From the IMG/VR virus record IMGVR_UViG_3300006029_000079, positions 1 through 25,971 of that record: a stretch of DNA of 25,971 bases. One strand, 5' to 3'. The position numbers were made by a program, and so were the translations under genes. Below, piece after piece: positions 25,646 through 25,971 of this stretch. The notes beneath the pieces were generated by a model that made no database searches, was not told where the DNA came from, and worked only from the letters and a program-made list of their open reading frames with translations. Within the stretch, counting starts at the first letter, position 1; each line of letters begins with the position of its first letter. The DNA comes from a virus. Taxonomy: Duplodnaviria > Caudoviricetes.

Positions 25646-25849
25646 TGGTTATTGTGCTTTTAAGTGAAAAAAGAAACTGCGGTCGTTGCACAATAACCAT
25701 ATAGGTACACGAGGTACTTTGCAAGTTAAGGTGTCAGTCTCAGTCGGGGTAATTAATCCCTTCCTCTCTGACTGCCGCAGTTATATCTTTGCTTGCAAAA
25801 TCTTCATTATGGGCATAAAAAACCCATCCTATATAAAATTATTGTGCAA
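25646..25849 (-). ncRNA. c4-like structured antisense/leader RNA upstream of antA
   Basis: Nested complementary boxes a1/a'/a2 (GCACAATAA) and b1/b'/b2 (TGCAAG), closing stem AACTGCGG/CCGCAGTT plus U tract. Confidence 0.65.
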
Positions 25850-25851
25850 TA

Positions 25852-25859
25852 CAAAGATA
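25852..25859 (-). promoter_or_regulatory. -7 promoter element driving the antA leader
   Basis: TATCTTTG on the minus strand directly upstream of box a1. Confidence 0.6.
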
Positions 25860-25971
25860 CAATACATATTATAAATAAAAGAATCTATAAATATTCAATA
25901 AAATACAATAATGACTCTTTTTAAAGAAAAAAGTGTTAAATTTCAGAAAAAAAATAAAATTTGAATAATTA

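Larger units (their letters stand above)
1..25971. mobile_element. Temperate tailed phage/prophage (siphovirus-like) of a Bacteroidota host; both ends lie outside the window
   Basis: Contiguous replication, terminase, portal, capsid, lysin, tape-measure, integrase and antirepressor genes; no host housekeeping genes; Bacteroidetes -33/-7 promoter consensus found. Confidence 0.95.

Noticed and set aside
25686-25874. 62-aa plus-strand ORF
   Set aside because: TTG start, no motifs, and it coincides with the structured antA leader, which explains the sequence better
1-25971. tRNA/rRNA genes
   Set aside because: No cloverleaf with T-loop/D-loop consensus or rRNA-like sequence recognised by eye; tRNAscan-SE would be decisive

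Overview
The whole window is an AT-rich temperate tailed phage (siphovirus-like) or prophage of a Bacteroidota host. The host call rests on TTTG-N20-TAnnTTTG promoters, AT-rich leaders without Shine-Dalgarno motifs, and a Bacteroidetes-type integrase architecture. Left to right: (i) a replication/early module with an initiator carrying 21-bp iterons, a probable helicase loader, a C5 DNA methyltransferase, a VRR-NUC nuclease and small accessory genes; (ii) an island at about 5560-9550 with a GTGATAC/TATCAC repeat-rich intergenic region, a 573-aa protein with 50 tetrapeptide (12-bp) xxEL repeats, its small partner gene, and a tyrosine recombinase with a degenerate active site; (iii) small and large terminase; (iv) a morphogenesis module resembling, from recall, Bacteroides phages B40-8/B124-14 (tail tube, portal, scaffold, major capsid, connectors, amidase, tail chaperone, tape measure); (v) an inverted cassette encoding an AntA antirepressor, whose ~200-nt leader has the a1-b1-b'-a'-a2-b2 layout of the P1 c4 antisense switch. 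The most notable candidates are the c4-like RNA switch, the repeat-protein/degenerate-recombinase island, a shared late-promoter architecture, and two possible frameshift sites (amidase and tail chaperone). Family assignments come from motif recognition and recall only; no searches were run.
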